A program made the position numbers and the translations under genes. The notes under the pieces are model-generated. The model was given only the letters and a program-made list of their open reading frames with translations, did no database searches and was not told where the DNA came from. From NCBI GenBank assembly GCA_965369655.1, contig CBDUQR010000002.1, positions 44,848-108,847 on the forward strand: 64,000 nucleotides of DNA. The letters are read 5' to 3'. Shown here one piece after another: positions 49,332 through 63,781 of this stretch (its first letter is position 1; the number at the start of each line of letters is the position of its first letter). The DNA is from an uncultured bacterium (lineage in GTDB: Bacteria > Zixibacteria > MSB-5A5 > JAABVY01 > JAHJOQ01).

Positions 49332-50342
49332 ATGATAAACATCGGTATGGTCGGGGTGGGAGCCTGGGGAAGGCATCTCCTGAGAAACTTCGCAAACCTG
49401 CCCGGCTGTCGCGTGAAAACTGTCTGTGATCTGAGCGAAAAAGTAAGATCGACTGTCGAAGCCACGTATCCCGGCGTGCGAGCGGTTGAGGATTTCGGGG
49501 AGATCACGTCTGATTCCGAGATCAACGCGGTCGTGATCGCTACGACGCCTGAGACGCACTATAAGCTCGCTGCTGCGGCTCTCGGGTCCGGCAAGGATGT
49601 ATATGTCGAGAAACCGCTCGTTCTGAAGATCGCGGACGGGGAGGACCTGATCAAGCTGGCGAAGAACAACCAGAGAATTCTGATGGTCGGTCATATCATG
49701 GTGTATCATCCTGCCATCCTTCACTTAAAGAAGATTATCGACTCGGGCGAACTCGGAGAGATATACTACGTTTATGCCTCCCGGCTGAATCTCGGAAAGG
49801 TACGGGAGATCGAGAATGCTCTCTGGAGTTTTGCTCCGCATGACATATCGATAGCGCTGTTCCTTCTCGGGCAGGAGCCTGTCAGTGTTACATCAGTCGG
49901 GCAGTCGTATCTGCAGCGGTCGAAAGGTATTCAGGATGTGTCATTTATGACTATGCTTTTTGCAGACGGCAAAATGGCGAATGTCCATGTGTCGTGGCTT
50001 GACCCCAATAAAGTTCGCAAGCTGACTGTGGTTGGATCAAAGAAGATGGCGGTTCTCGACGATGCGAGCGCGTCGGAGAAGCTCAGGATATATGACAAGG
50101 GCGTAGAAGTAGCGACTGATTTTCAGACCTACGGCGAGTTCCTGTCACTTCGGACAGGCGACATTGTGATCCCGAAAATCGACTCGTCGGAACCTTTGCG
50201 GAGCGAGTGTTTACATTTTATTAAGTGCGTTGAGGATAGAACCAAACCGAGGTCCGATGGCGTGGAGGGACTCAAGGTGCTGAAGATTCTCGCGGCTGCT
50301 CAGAAGTCCATGGAGAACGGTGGCGTTCCAGCCAGGATATAA
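49332..50342 (+). CDS. Gfo/Idh/MocA oxidoreductase (WbpB/WlbA/GnnA-like)
   Basis: GVGAWG, VEKP, VGHI, APHD. Confidence 0.9.
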   Translation: MINIGMVGVGAWGRHLLRNFANLPGCRVKTVCDLSEKVRSTVEATYPGVRAVEDFGEITSDSEINAVVIATTPETHYKLAAAALGSGKDVYVEKPLVLKIADGEDLIKLAKNNQRILMVGHIMVYHPAILHLKKIIDSGELGEIYYVYASRLNLGKVREIENALWSFAPHDISIALFLLGQEPVSVTSVGQSYLQRSKGIQDVSFMTMLFADGKMANVHVSWLDPNKVRKLTVVGSKKMAVLDDASASEKLRIYDKGVEVATDFQTYGEFLSLRTGDIVIPKIDSSEPLRSECLHFIKCVEDRTKPRSDGVEGLKVLKILAAAQKSMENGGVPARI

Positions 50343-50351
50343 GAGGAATTT

Positions 50352-51098
50352 ATGGTTAAATATGTATCTCCAACAGCTAAGATCGGTGAGATGACTATCA
50401 TTGGACGTTTCTGCGTGATCGATGATGACGTTACGATTGGTGAGAACTGCATCCTGGGAAACAATGTCGTGGTCTATCCGGGCGCGACTATCGGAAACAA
50501 TGTGAGGATAGACGACGGTACTGTGATCGGAAAGCAGCCGATGCGGGCTGCGAACTCTGCGGTCACTAAAGACCAGGAACTTGAGCCTGCAAGAATCGGT
50601 GATAACTGCATCATCGGGACTAATGTCGTAATCTATGCCGGTTCGATCATAGGCGAGAAGGTCCTCGTGGCGGACCTCTCGACAATACGCGAAAATGTAA
50701 CGATTGGCGATTTCACGATCGTCGGAAGATGTGTCGCGATTGAGAATTTCTGCAAGATCGGCTCCTACTGTAAACTGGAGACCAATGTATATATCACGGC
50801 GTTCTCGGAGCTCGAAGACAGAGTTTTCGTGGCGCCCTGTGTGGCGACATCGAACGACAATTTTGTCGGGCGCACAAAGGAACGATTCAAATACTTCAAA
50901 GGTGTAACAATCAGGAAAGGCGGCAGAATCGGTCTGAACGCGACGATTCTACCCGGCAAGGTGATCGGCGAGGATACGCTCGTCGCGGCTGGAGCACTGG
51001 TGACTGCCGACACGCCCGCACGGAAGATCGTTGCCGGCGTACCTGCGAAAGTCTTCCGGGATGTGCCGGAGGAACAGCTCCTCGAAAATCAGGAATAG
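50352..51098 (+). CDS. Hexapeptide N-acetyltransferase (WbpD/WlbB-like)
   Basis: Left-handed beta-helix repeats, VFVAPCVATSND, GVPAK. Confidence 0.88.
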   Translation: MVKYVSPTAKIGEMTIIGRFCVIDDDVTIGENCILGNNVVVYPGATIGNNVRIDDGTVIGKQPMRAANSAVTKDQELEPARIGDNCIIGTNVVIYAGSIIGEKVLVADLSTIRENVTIGDFTIVGRCVAIENFCKIGSYCKLETNVYITAFSELEDRVFVAPCVATSNDNFVGRTKERFKYFKGVTIRKGGRIGLNATILPGKVIGEDTLVAAGALVTADTPARKIVAGVPAKVFRDVPEEQLLENQE

Positions 51099-51110
51099 AA
51101 AGGACCCGGA

Positions 51111-52217
51111 ATGCAAGTACCGCTCCTGGACTTGAACAGGCAGTATAAGACTATCAAGAAAGAAATCGATGATGCCGTGATGACGGTGCTGGAACACTGT
51201 CGTTTCATCAACGGTCCCGAAGTGAAGCAATTCGAAGAAGAAGTTGCCGCATTCTGTGGCGTGAAGTATGGAATCGGAGTGAACTCAGGGACGGATGCTC
51301 TTCTCATTTCGCTGAGAGCCTGCGGAGTAGGTAAGGGCGACGAAGTCATAACGAGTACATTCTCGTTTTTCGCAACCGCCGGCGTCATCTCTCGTCTTGG
51401 GGCGAAGCCTGTCTTCATCGACATCGATCCGACATATTACAATATCGACATCGCAGCGATAGAGGATGCGATAACATCCCGGACGAAGGTAGTTATACCG
51501 GTCCACCTGTTTGGGCAGTGCGTCGATATGGATGCGATTCTCGAAATCTGCAAGCGAAAACATCTGATGGTCGTGGAAGATGCAGCACAGGCGCTGTCGG
51601 CCACGTACAAAGACCGGAAGGCCGGGACTATCGGAGATTTCGGCTGTTTCTCTTTCTTCCCATCGAAGAACCTCGGCGCCGCAGGCGATGCCGGGATGAT
51701 TGTCTCGGATCGCGAGAGCGAGGTGGAGTTCTCTCGCACGCTTCGCGTGCATGGAGCAAAGCCGAAATACTATCATTCGCATATTGGCTATAACAGCAGG
51801 CTGGACACTATTCAGGCCGCGATACTCTCGGTGAAGCTCAGGCACCTGCCGGAATGGTCTGATGCGAGACGTGCAAAAGCAGCTGTCTACGATCAAGCTT
51901 TCGCCGACGTCGAGCAGGTCACGACGCCGTGCGTCATGGACGGCAATCGTCACATCTATCACCAGTATACGATTGCAGTACCGAACCGCGATGAACTGCG
52001 TGACCACTTGCGGGAAAAGAGTATCGGGTGTGAGACATATTATCCTGTCCCCCTGCATGCCCAGGAATGCTATGCAGAACTCGGATACCGGCCCGGTGCG
52101 CTGCCGGTTTCGGAGCAGAAGGCGAATGAAGTGATCTCGCTGCCGGTTTTCCCGGAGCTGACCGAGGATGAGCAGCAGTATGTGATCGAAATAATCAAGG
52201 CGTTTTACAGTCGGTAA
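51111..52217 (+). CDS. DegT/DnrJ aminotransferase (WbpE/WlbC-like)
   Basis: NSGTDAL, EDAAQA, SFFPSKNLGA.GD.G, GYNSRLD. Confidence 0.92.
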   Translation: MQVPLLDLNRQYKTIKKEIDDAVMTVLEHCRFINGPEVKQFEEEVAAFCGVKYGIGVNSGTDALLISLRACGVGKGDEVITSTFSFFATAGVISRLGAKPVFIDIDPTYYNIDIAAIEDAITSRTKVVIPVHLFGQCVDMDAILEICKRKHLMVVEDAAQALSATYKDRKAGTIGDFGCFSFFPSKNLGAAGDAGMIVSDRESEVEFSRTLRVHGAKPKYYHSHIGYNSRLDTIQAAILSVKLRHLPEWSDARRAKAAVYDQAFADVEQVTTPCVMDGNRHIYHQYTIAVPNRDELRDHLREKSIGCETYYPVPLHAQECYAELGYRPGALPVSEQKANEVISLPVFPELTEDEQQYVIEIIKAFYSR

Positions 52218-52277
52218 GGCGACTCCATATATTTCTGGATTGATCGATCCAGTGTGCAGCAGAAAAGCAAATCATGA

Positions 52278-52309
52278 GTGCGGCCGTTGCGGGCCGCGCT
52301 TTGCTATTT
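52278..52309 (+). terminator. Probable terminator
   Basis: GTGCGGCC-loop-GGCCGCGC followed by TTTGCTATTT. Confidence 0.55.
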
Positions 52310-52330
52310 GGTCGGACATTCCGACATTAA

Positions 52331-52572
52331 GGGCTTGTTGAGAAAGGCAGTTGAGATGGAATCCCGAGCGGCCAATGGATTCCGCCGTCATTGCGAGCAA
52401 CCGTCGGTCGCCGATCCCGATCCTGAGGGACGAGGGGATCCCCGAGGGACAGGGAGCGTGGCGATCTCATGTCAAACAGCGTACTACAAGAATCGAGATC
52501 ACCACGTCGTTACCGCTCCTTGTGATGACGACTGCGAGGACCTGCGCCCGAAATGGATTTTTCAACAAGCCC
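52331..52572. mobile_element. MITE-like element with 15-bp terminal inverted repeats and internal REP palindromes
   Basis: GGGCTTGTTGAGAAA ... TTTTTCAACAAGCCC (14/15 match); no transposase; internal palindrome pair 52387-52468 / 52495-52532. Confidence 0.6.
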
Positions 52573-52591
52573 ATGAACGTGAGTTTGCGAG

Positions 52592-53911
52592 ATGTTTGTT
52601 AAGGACAGCATAAACACTTTCATTCTTCGCTGTGGCGTTATGCCCCTTGCATTTGTGATCTCGATCGTCGTCTCGAATCTCGGGCAGGAGATCAAGGGAC
52701 AGATCGCCATCGTACTCTTTGTCGTTGGCCTGCTGAAACTGATTATGACGATGGGTTTTGAGGCAGCGGTCATCTACTATCTGAGAAGGAGTAAGTACGA
52801 TTTCGATACATTGACGAGGAATCTTAACCTTGCCTATCCGGTCCTGTTCGTCGTCTGGTCTGCGATTCTGATTCCCTCGTTTTACTTTCTGCATGTGCAG
52901 GGCCTTTTTGGTGAGATCGGCTTTATCCTTGTAGGTGCGGCCTTTGTCATAGCTCCTTTCGACATCCTTCTCGACATCCAGATTGGCATTCTGTCAGGGA
53001 CGGGTGAAATCAGCCGAGGGAACAAAGTCGGGCTTGCATTCAATGCGCTGTATCTTCTTGTCCTTTTGACTGTCGTCTTTCTTTTCAGGGCGGACGAGTG
53101 GGCTGTTCTCTTTTCGTTCACAGCGGCACTCGCAGGGGCATCGGCGCTCGGTATCGCGATGAACTGGAGCAAGAGCAGGAGCCGGAGAGGGTTCGAGTTC
53201 AATGCTGCTGTGATCAAAGACCTCGCAAGTTGGGGGATTCGGAGCCAGGTTGGCGCTCTGACCCGCAAGATTGCCAGCAGGATGGATTTGATGATGACAA
53301 ACTTCTTCCTCACAATTGCGTATGCGGGTGTTTATTCTGTCGCGCTCAACTGGGCGGAACTCGTGCTTTTTGTGCCGCTGGTCCTTCACTTTGTCCTGTT
53401 CCCATATGTGTCAGAACGGGCGAGGGAGCAGTCGATCGACCTGACGAATCGAGTAACACGATTGTCAGCTATTGTGCTGGTCGTGATCGGCGGAGCAGTC
53501 TGTCTGATGTTCCCCTTCATGGAAGAGCTGCTGTATAAGCCTGATTATTCCTCAGCGATATATCCACTCATGATCATCATGCCGGGCGTCATTTCCATGG
53601 GACTCTTCAGGATGCTGATGGGCGGCCTGGACGGGTTGGGCAAGCCTGAATATGGAGCGTACGCCTCCATTGTCGCGCTAATCGGTACCGTTGCATTGAA
53701 CTACCTGCTCATCCCGAAAATGGGAATGATCGGCGCTGCGCTGGCGACATCTGTTACGAATCTCCTGGCATTTGCTGTCGTGGCTGGATATTACATGAGA
53801 TTTTCCGGTGCCCGGTTGAGCGATTTCTTACTGGTCAGAAGGCGTGACCTTGTTCATGTTTACGAATCGGTGATGTCGGTACTTCCTCGAAAGGCAGGGG
53901 GGAGAGGCTGA
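52592..53911 (+). CDS. Polysaccharide flippase (Wzx/MOP family)
   Basis: About 12 TM helices, R.D....F...AGVYSVA, LNYLLIPKMGMIGAALAT. Confidence 0.88.
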   Translation: MFVKDSINTFILRCGVMPLAFVISIVVSNLGQEIKGQIAIVLFVVGLLKLIMTMGFEAAVIYYLRRSKYDFDTLTRNLNLAYPVLFVVWSAILIPSFYFLHVQGLFGEIGFILVGAAFVIAPFDILLDIQIGILSGTGEISRGNKVGLAFNALYLLVLLTVVFLFRADEWAVLFSFTAALAGASALGIAMNWSKSRSRRGFEFNAAVIKDLASWGIRSQVGALTRKIASRMDLMMTNFFLTIAYAGVYSVALNWAELVLFVPLVLHFVLFPYVSERAREQSIDLTNRVTRLSAIVLVVIGGAVCLMFPFMEELLYKPDYSSAIYPLMIIMPGVISMGLFRMLMGGLDGLGKPEYGAYASIVALIGTVALNYLLIPKMGMIGAALATSVTNLLAFAVVAGYYMRFSGARLSDFLLVRRRDLVHVYESVMSVLPRKAGGRG

Positions 53912-54975
53912 TGAGAGTCGTTATGCTGGCTGCGGCGTCGAGTGAGCACACTCTGAAATGGCTCAGGCAGTTGGAGACCGCCGGAGTCGATGTGTCTCTG
54001 ATCACATCTGCGCCTGTGCCTGACGGGGAGATCGAGCAAATAGTCGTCGGGCGGCAAAGTTATGGCAGATGGAGATACGTCATTTCGTCCGGACGAGTGA
54101 GACGGATCATAGAGAGTCTGAAACCCGACATCGTGCATGCCTGCTACGCGACGAGCTATGGATACTGGGGTGCGAGATCTCGTTTCCATCCACTGGTGAC
54201 ATCAGTCTGGGGCAGCGACATCACGCTGACGCCGCGCAATTCAGCAATTGCCAGATGGTTGACAGGATACAGCCTCGAAAAGGCGGATGCGATCTGTGCC
54301 ACGAGCCGGTACCTCGCGGATGCTACGACAGAACTCTATCCTTCTATTGCTGACAGGCTGACGGTTGTGCCGTTTGGAGTCGATACCGCGTTGTATGCTC
54401 TGCATAAGGGCAGACGTTTCGACAATGATGACGTCGTGATTGGCGCGGCCCGTAATCTTAAGCGTGTCTACGGCATCGATCTGCTCATCGAGGCTTTCAA
54501 GCATGTACTGATAGCAATTCCCGGAGCGAGATTGAAGCTTGCGGGTAACGGCCCCGAACGAAACAGTCTTGAGATGCTGGCAGATCGACTGGCCGTTAGA
54601 GAGCGTGTTGAATTCCCTGGTCATGTCGATCCCAGTGATATGCCTGCTTTTCTCAACTCCATCGATATCGCGGTTCTTCCATCTCGCGAGGAGGGTTACG
54701 GCGTGTCTGCCATCGAAGCCATGTCGTGCGGCGTCCCTGTCATTGCCTCACGAACCGGTGGTCTGATCGAGGTTCTAGGCGAAGGTCGAGCAGGTGTTCT
54801 CGTGGAACCGGAATCGCCGGAGACTCTTGCAGAAGCGATCGTGAATCTTGCTTTGGATTCGGAGAAGCGAGCCGGATTATCTATGGCAGGTCGCAATCGA
54901 GCGACAGGCAGCTATGATCTGACCATTGCCACTGAGAAGCAATTGTCTGTCTACAGGCAGGTCCTGTCACTATAA
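53911..54975 (+). CDS. GT4 family glycosyltransferase
   Basis: PDIVHA, WGSDI, LPSREEGYGVSAIEAMSCG.PVI. Confidence 0.92.
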   Translation: MRVVMLAAASSEHTLKWLRQLETAGVDVSLITSAPVPDGEIEQIVVGRQSYGRWRYVISSGRVRRIIESLKPDIVHACYATSYGYWGARSRFHPLVTSVWGSDITLTPRNSAIARWLTGYSLEKADAICATSRYLADATTELYPSIADRLTVVPFGVDTALYALHKGRRFDNDDVVIGAARNLKRVYGIDLLIEAFKHVLIAIPGARLKLAGNGPERNSLEMLADRLAVRERVEFPGHVDPSDMPAFLNSIDIAVLPSREEGYGVSAIEAMSCGVPVIASRTGGLIEVLGEGRAGVLVEPESPETLAEAIVNLALDSEKRAGLSMAGRNRATGSYDLTIATEKQLSVYRQVLSL

Positions 54976-55066
54976 GGAATTGAGATCAGGTCTCTTAACC
55001 TGTTGCAGAGATGCAGGCGCGCGCCTATATTCAGAGACAGCAGGAATACCAGAGCGGTTGTCATTC

Positions 55067-56236
55067 ATGGTTCGACTGAAAGAGAAATACATACCGTTTT
55101 ACAAGACTCCGGTGACTGCCCGGCAGGTAGCATCGGTCGCCAGGACGCTTCGAAGCGGGTGGCTGACGTCCGGCCCGGCGTGCCGTGAGTTCGAGCAGAA
55201 GATCGCGGAATACACAGGCGCGAAGCATGCTGTCGCCCTTAATTCATGCACGGCAGCTCTTCACCTGTCGCTGATTGCTGCCGGAGTGAAACCGGGCGAC
55301 GAGGTCATCACCACTCCGTACACATTCGTGGCATCGGTTGAAGCAATAATCCACAGCGGCGCGCGCCCGGTATTTGCGGATATCGATCCTGATACATTTA
55401 ACATCTCGCCAGATGAAGTCGAAAGACTGATAACATCGCGAACAAGAGCAATCATGCCGGTACATATCGCCGGACTTCCCTGCGAACTCCAGGCCATCGA
55501 GAGAATAGCGAGAGAGAACAAGCTCGTCATCGTCCACGACGCTGCTCACGCGTTCGGAGCAGAGTATCGGGGAAAGAAGATCGGCGCGACGCCACACCTT
55601 ACCTGCTTCAGTTTTTATGCTACCAAGAACATCACGACGGGCGAGGGCGGGATGGTGACGACATCGAACGGACGATGGGCCGACCGTGTCCGTATGCTTT
55701 CGCTTCATGGCATGGACAGGCAGGCGTGGAAGCGCTATCACAAGACCGGAAACTGGTACTACGAGATTCGTGATCTCGGATTTAAGTATAACCTTTCGGA
55801 CATAAACGCCGCGCTGGGGATCGCGCAACTGGAGCATTTCGAAACGATGCAGACGCGGCGCGCGAAAGTCGCCCAATGGTATGACGCCGCTTTGCGGAAT
55901 GTCGACGAGATCGAAATCCCGCCTCGCAGCGAGCACATGACACATGCATGGCACATATACATCGTTCGATTCGACGGCAGGAAGCGCTCCATGAATCGGG
56001 ATCAGCTTATCGACGAACTCTCGAAAGCGGGCGTCGGCACGAGCGTGCATTTCATCCCGATATTTCGTCAGCCGTACTATCGCAAAACGTATTCTCTTAG
56101 AGCGGGCGATTTCCCCAACGCTGATCGACTCTACAAGAGCGTAATCACTCTGCCGCTCTATCCCGGTATCACAAAAAGCGAGGTCGGCGAGGTTGTGCGC
56201 AGGATGAAACAGATCATCTCCGGATGCGGAAGGTGA
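55067..56236 (+). CDS. DegT/DnrJ aminotransferase (4-keto-6-deoxy sugar type)
   Basis: SGWLTSGP, NSCTAALHL, DAAHAFG, FSFYATKNITTGEGG. Confidence 0.92.
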   Translation: MVRLKEKYIPFYKTPVTARQVASVARTLRSGWLTSGPACREFEQKIAEYTGAKHAVALNSCTAALHLSLIAAGVKPGDEVITTPYTFVASVEAIIHSGARPVFADIDPDTFNISPDEVERLITSRTRAIMPVHIAGLPCELQAIERIARENKLVIVHDAAHAFGAEYRGKKIGATPHLTCFSFYATKNITTGEGGMVTTSNGRWADRVRMLSLHGMDRQAWKRYHKTGNWYYEIRDLGFKYNLSDINAALGIAQLEHFETMQTRRAKVAQWYDAALRNVDEIEIPPRSEHMTHAWHIYIVRFDGRKRSMNRDQLIDELSKAGVGTSVHFIPIFRQPYYRKTYSLRAGDFPNADRLYKSVITLPLYPGITKSEVGEVVRRMKQIISGCGR

Positions 56237-56820
56237 TGAGAAGAGTTATAGATATCGTGTTTGCGATCATATTCCTGATTCTGGCGCTGCCCCTTCTGAT
56301 TCTGGTCGCGATTCTGGTGAAAGTATTCTCACGCGGCCCGGTCTTTTTCGTTCAGGAACGGGTCGGTCTGTATGAGCGGTTGTTTCGACTCTTCAAATTC
56401 CGTACGATGATACTCTCGGAGACCGGCTTACAGATCACTGTTGGCGACGACAGTCGGATCACCGGAATCGGCAGAATCCTGAGAAGGCTGCGGCTTGACG
56501 AGTTGCCCCAGTTGCTGAATGTCCTGCGAGGTGATATGACGGTTGTCGGGCCGCGTCCCGAGGTCCCGATATACGTTGCGAAGTATCAACCGTGGATGAG
56601 AAAGGTGCTCGAATTCAAGCCGGGACTGACAGATCCTGCCTCGCTCGAATTCCGCGACGAGGGAGGTTTGCTTGAAACAGCTGAGGACCCTGAACAGTAC
56701 TATATCGATGAGATCGCGCCGTCCAAAATCAGGATCAGTCTCGATTATCAGCACAGAAGGAATCCGCTGACTGATCTCATTGTAGTATTCAGAACGGTGG
56801 CGGTTGTGCTCGGTCTGTAG
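56236..56820 (+). CDS. Initiating phosphoglycosyl transferase (PglC/WcaJ C-terminal type)
   Basis: FKFRTM, D.RIT..G..LR...LDELPQLLNVL.GDM..VGPRPE. Confidence 0.93.
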   Translation: MRRVIDIVFAIIFLILALPLLILVAILVKVFSRGPVFFVQERVGLYERLFRLFKFRTMILSETGLQITVGDDSRITGIGRILRRLRLDELPQLLNVLRGDMTVVGPRPEVPIYVAKYQPWMRKVLEFKPGLTDPASLEFRDEGGLLETAEDPEQYYIDEIAPSKIRISLDYQHRRNPLTDLIVVFRTVAVVLGL

Positions 56821-56830
56821 CTTATACTTG

Positions 56831-56859
56831 TTGCACGCAGGGACAACGTATTTTATCTT
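56831..56859 (+). promoter_or_regulatory. Sigma70 promoter giving a probable leaderless mRNA
   Basis: TTGCAC-17-TATCTT-6 nt-ATG; no SD. Confidence 0.55.
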
Positions 56860-56865
56860 AAACTG

Positions 56866-60429
<3,564 letters not shown>

Positions 60430-60430
<1 letters not shown>

Positions 60431-61710
60431 TGAGATTCTATCTGGCGAGAAAGCTCCCCGCCGGATATGCGGCGGTTCCGCTACCGTACAAGCTCTTTAT
60501 GCTGTTCGGGGTTATTATCATCGCAGTCCTGTTTATCTACTACACGCATGACGTCGTCGATCAACTCAAGGAGAAAACCAGGCGGGATGTCAGGCTCTAT
60601 GTCCGGCTGTATCAGGTGGCGTTAAACGATCAGACTTCAGGTCTTGCGACGAATCTGATCTTCGAGGAAGTCATAAGCTCGGTCAACTTCCCGATAATAT
60701 TCGCGGATGCAATGCTCGAACCGCAATACTGGAAAGAACTCGACGGCATCGAGGATGGCATGGCATCGGATGCGGACAGCGCTACTCTCTCGTCCGTCGA
60801 AGAGATTCTTGCGCAACTCGCATCTGAGGGTCGATCGGTCGATATCATCTCGAATGGGCAACTATTCTACAAGATGTTCTACGGCGATCCAAAGCTGGTG
60901 CGACAGCTTCAGTTGATGCCTGTTGTGCAGGTCGGTGTGATATCGTTTTTCATTTTCGTAGGATTTATCGGGTTCAGGAATATCAAGCGCGCCGAACAGC
61001 GCAATATCTGGGTCGGTATGGCCAGGGAGACGGCACACCAGCTCGGCACGCCATTGTCGAGCCTGATGGGATGGCTGCAGCTTCTCGGTACGAGGGTCGG
61101 AGATACCGGTATCTCAGGCTATGAGTCGGATTCTGTGCCGACCGCCGAGATTCTTTCGAGGATGAACGCGGACATCGGCAGGCTCGAACGAATCGCGAGC
61201 AGGTTCTCTCTAATCGGATCAACGCCTGATCTTAAGACAATCGATGTCGAAAAGATCATTGAAGATACGGCCGATTATCTGAGGCAGCGGCTGCCTCACA
61301 GGGGCAACGGAGTACGGATCGAGTTCACGCGATCTGATCCCAAGTTTGTTCCGGTCAACCGTGAGCTTCTCGGCTGGGCGTTCGAGAATCTGATCAAGAA
61401 CGCTCTCCAGGCGTGTGATGCGATAAACGGCAGGATAGAAATCAAATCGATGTTGTCCAGGGATGGGAAGAAGGTGTGCATTCACGTATCGGATAACGGA
61501 CGAGGCATGACGCCGAAAGAGGCTAAGAGAGTGTTTCAGCCCGGCTATACGACGAAGAAGAGAGGGTGGGGCCTGGGACTTACTCTCACTGACAGGATAA
61601 TCTCGAAATACCACCGAGGCGATATCTTCGTCAGAGAGAGCTCGCCCGGTCTCGGAACGACGTTTCAAATCGAGCTCCCGATAGCCGGAGCCGACAAGAC
61701 TCAAAGCTGA
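60430..61710 (+). CDS. Membrane sensor histidine kinase
   Basis: Two TM helices; H-box ETAHQLGTPLSSL; ENLIKNA, DNGRG, FQPGYTTK, GWGLGL. Confidence 0.95.
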
Positions 61711-61723
61711 CACAGGAGACGCT

Positions 61724-63295
61724 ATGGCGGATAGAGACCAGAGCCGGAAGATACTGTGGGTTGACGATGAAATCGATCAGCTTCAGGCACACATCATATT
61801 TCTCAAGGATCGCGGATACGTCGTGACGCCGGTGTCGTCGGGTGATGACGCTATCGCTGCGGTGGCGGAGAGTGATTACGAACTGGTGCTCCTCGATGAG
61901 CAGATGCCGGGACGAGACGGTCTTTCGACTCTTGAGGAACTCAAGGAAATCAGGCCGAACCTGCCGGTCGTGATGGTTACCAAGAGCGAGGAAGAGGACT
62001 TGATGGACCAGGCTATCGGTAAGAAGATAAGTGACTATCTGACAAAGCCGGTTAACCCCTCGCAGGTCCTGCTGGTTATCAAGAGGCTGCTCGACACTCG
62101 GAAGATCAGAGAGGATCATGTCACGCGTGACTATGTGCAGTCGTTCAACAGGATGAACCAGAAGCTGTATGGTCCGATGGAATGGCAGGACTGGATCGAT
62201 GCATACCGCCAACTGGTGACGTGGGAACTGGAGATATCTGAGTTTCGCGATGCCGACCTGTTGCAGACGTATGCCGGTCAGAAGAAAGAGTGGAATGCAG
62301 AATTCGCGAAGTATATGGAGAAATGGTATCCGCGCTGGCTCAGTTCGGGTGACGGTCCGCCACTGTCGGTCGATGTTGCAGGGAAATTCGTTTTTCCTCA
62401 CCTCGCGAAAGACCACCAGGTATTTTTCATCGTTGTGGATTGCATGCGCCTCGATCAGTGGATGAAGATTCAACCGATCGTCGACGAGTATTTTACTGTC
62501 AATCTTGACTACCATTATTCAATTCTCCCGACGGCGACGCCGTTTTCACGGAATGCGATCTTCCTCGGCGAGTTTCCGGACAAGTTGTACGAATACTATC
62601 CGGACCTGTGGCATAAGGGGGGACGGGACGAAGCATCTCTCAACAGGTATGAGTCGGAGTTGATGCGGCGTCAACTCAAGAAGAAGCGGATCGATCTGGG
62701 CGGGGAGCCGATGTACGCGAAAGTGCTCGATATCGCGGAGGGTGAGAACCTCGCCCGAAAAGTATCGACATATCAGCATACGCCGCTTTTCTCCATGGTA
62801 TTCAATTTTGTCGACATGCTTGTGCACGGACGCTCCGAATCGGAACTTCTGAAGGAACTTGCTCCCGACGAGAATGCATTCAGGTCTGTGATGAAATCAT
62901 GGTTCGAGCATTCATCCCTGCTGCAGATACTGAAATATCTCTCGACCATAGACTGCACGGTGGTGATAACGACCGATCACGGTTCAGTAATAGCCGGGCG
63001 GTCGACGCTCGTGAAAGGCAGGCGCGAGGCCTCGACCAATCTGCGCTACAAGTATGGCGACAATCTGAACTGCAACCCGAAAGATGTAGTCTTCCTGAAA
63101 AATCCTGAGGAGTACAGGTTGCCGAGATTCGGGATGTCCACGACTTATCTGTTCGCAAGAGAGGACTTCTACTTCGTATATCCGACCCAGTTCCATCACT
63201 ACGAATCAAAGTACGCCGATACATTCCAGCACGGCGGCATCTCGATGGACGAAGTTATTCTTCCGGTTGCTACGCTGAAACCGAAGAGGCGTTGA
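61724..63295 (+). CDS. porX: PorX-type response regulator (REC + PglZ alkaline-phosphatase-like domain)
   Basis: ILWVDDEID, LLDEQMPG, VDCMRLDQW, SILPTATPFSRNAIF, TTDHG, TFQHGGISMDE; followed by tsaE. Confidence 0.88.
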   Translation: MADRDQSRKILWVDDEIDQLQAHIIFLKDRGYVVTPVSSGDDAIAAVAESDYELVLLDEQMPGRDGLSTLEELKEIRPNLPVVMVTKSEEEDLMDQAIGKKISDYLTKPVNPSQVLLVIKRLLDTRKIREDHVTRDYVQSFNRMNQKLYGPMEWQDWIDAYRQLVTWELEISEFRDADLLQTYAGQKKEWNAEFAKYMEKWYPRWLSSGDGPPLSVDVAGKFVFPHLAKDHQVFFIVVDCMRLDQWMKIQPIVDEYFTVNLDYHYSILPTATPFSRNAIFLGEFPDKLYEYYPDLWHKGGRDEASLNRYESELMRRQLKKKRIDLGGEPMYAKVLDIAEGENLARKVSTYQHTPLFSMVFNFVDMLVHGRSESELLKELAPDENAFRSVMKSWFEHSSLLQILKYLSTIDCTVVITTDHGSVIAGRSTLVKGRREASTNLRYKYGDNLNCNPKDVVFLKNPEEYRLPRFGMSTTYLFAREDFYFVYPTQFHHYESKYADTFQHGGISMDEVILPVATLKPKRR

Positions 63296-63762
63296 TGCCT
63301 GAAATCGAGATCGTCACCGAGTCTCCGGAGAGGACAGAGTCGATCGGCGAACGCCTCGCTGCATTGTTAAAACAAGGCGACATCGTCGGGTTATCAGGAG
63401 AGCTCGGAGCCGGAAAAACGGTCATGGTCAAGGGGATTTGCAGAGGACTCCGCTATGACGGCATTGTGACGTCGCCGACCTTCAGCTTGATCAACGTCTA
63501 TCCAGGGCAACCTGAGATATATCACTTTGATTTCTATCGACTCGAAACACTCGCGGATCTGGCTGATCTTGGCTACGAGGAATACTTTTACTCCGACAGG
63601 GGCATCAGTCTGGTCGAATGGGCAGATCGAGTCCCGGAAGCGATGTCTGACGCTGTTGTCTCGATCTATATGGAGATTGTTTCAGAGCAGTCGCGCAGAA
63701 TCAGGTTCCATTCCCGTAAAAAAAAAGACCTGTTGGAAAAGGCCTCTGATTTGGAGTTTTGA
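63295..63762 (+). CDS. tsaE: tRNA threonylcarbamoyladenosine biosynthesis ATPase
   Basis: GELGAGKT, VTSPTF, YHFDFYRL, VEWA. Confidence 0.96.
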   Translation: MPEIEIVTESPERTESIGERLAALLKQGDIVGLSGELGAGKTVMVKGICRGLRYDGIVTSPTFSLINVYPGQPEIYHFDFYRLETLADLADLGYEEYFYSDRGISLVEWADRVPEAMSDAVVSIYMEIVSEQSRRIRFHSRKKKDLLEKASDLEF

Positions 63763-63781
63763 TCGACTATTGGATGTCGCC

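Noticed and set aside
52278-52613. ORFs over repeat regions (52278-52613, 38450-38668, 26840-27058, 63682-63987)
   Set aside because: Translations of palindromic repeat DNA with no RBS or protein-like features
61724-63295. BREX system suggested by the PglZ domain
   Set aside because: PglZ is fused to a receiver domain in the PorX layout next to tsaE, and no brx/pgl genes are nearby
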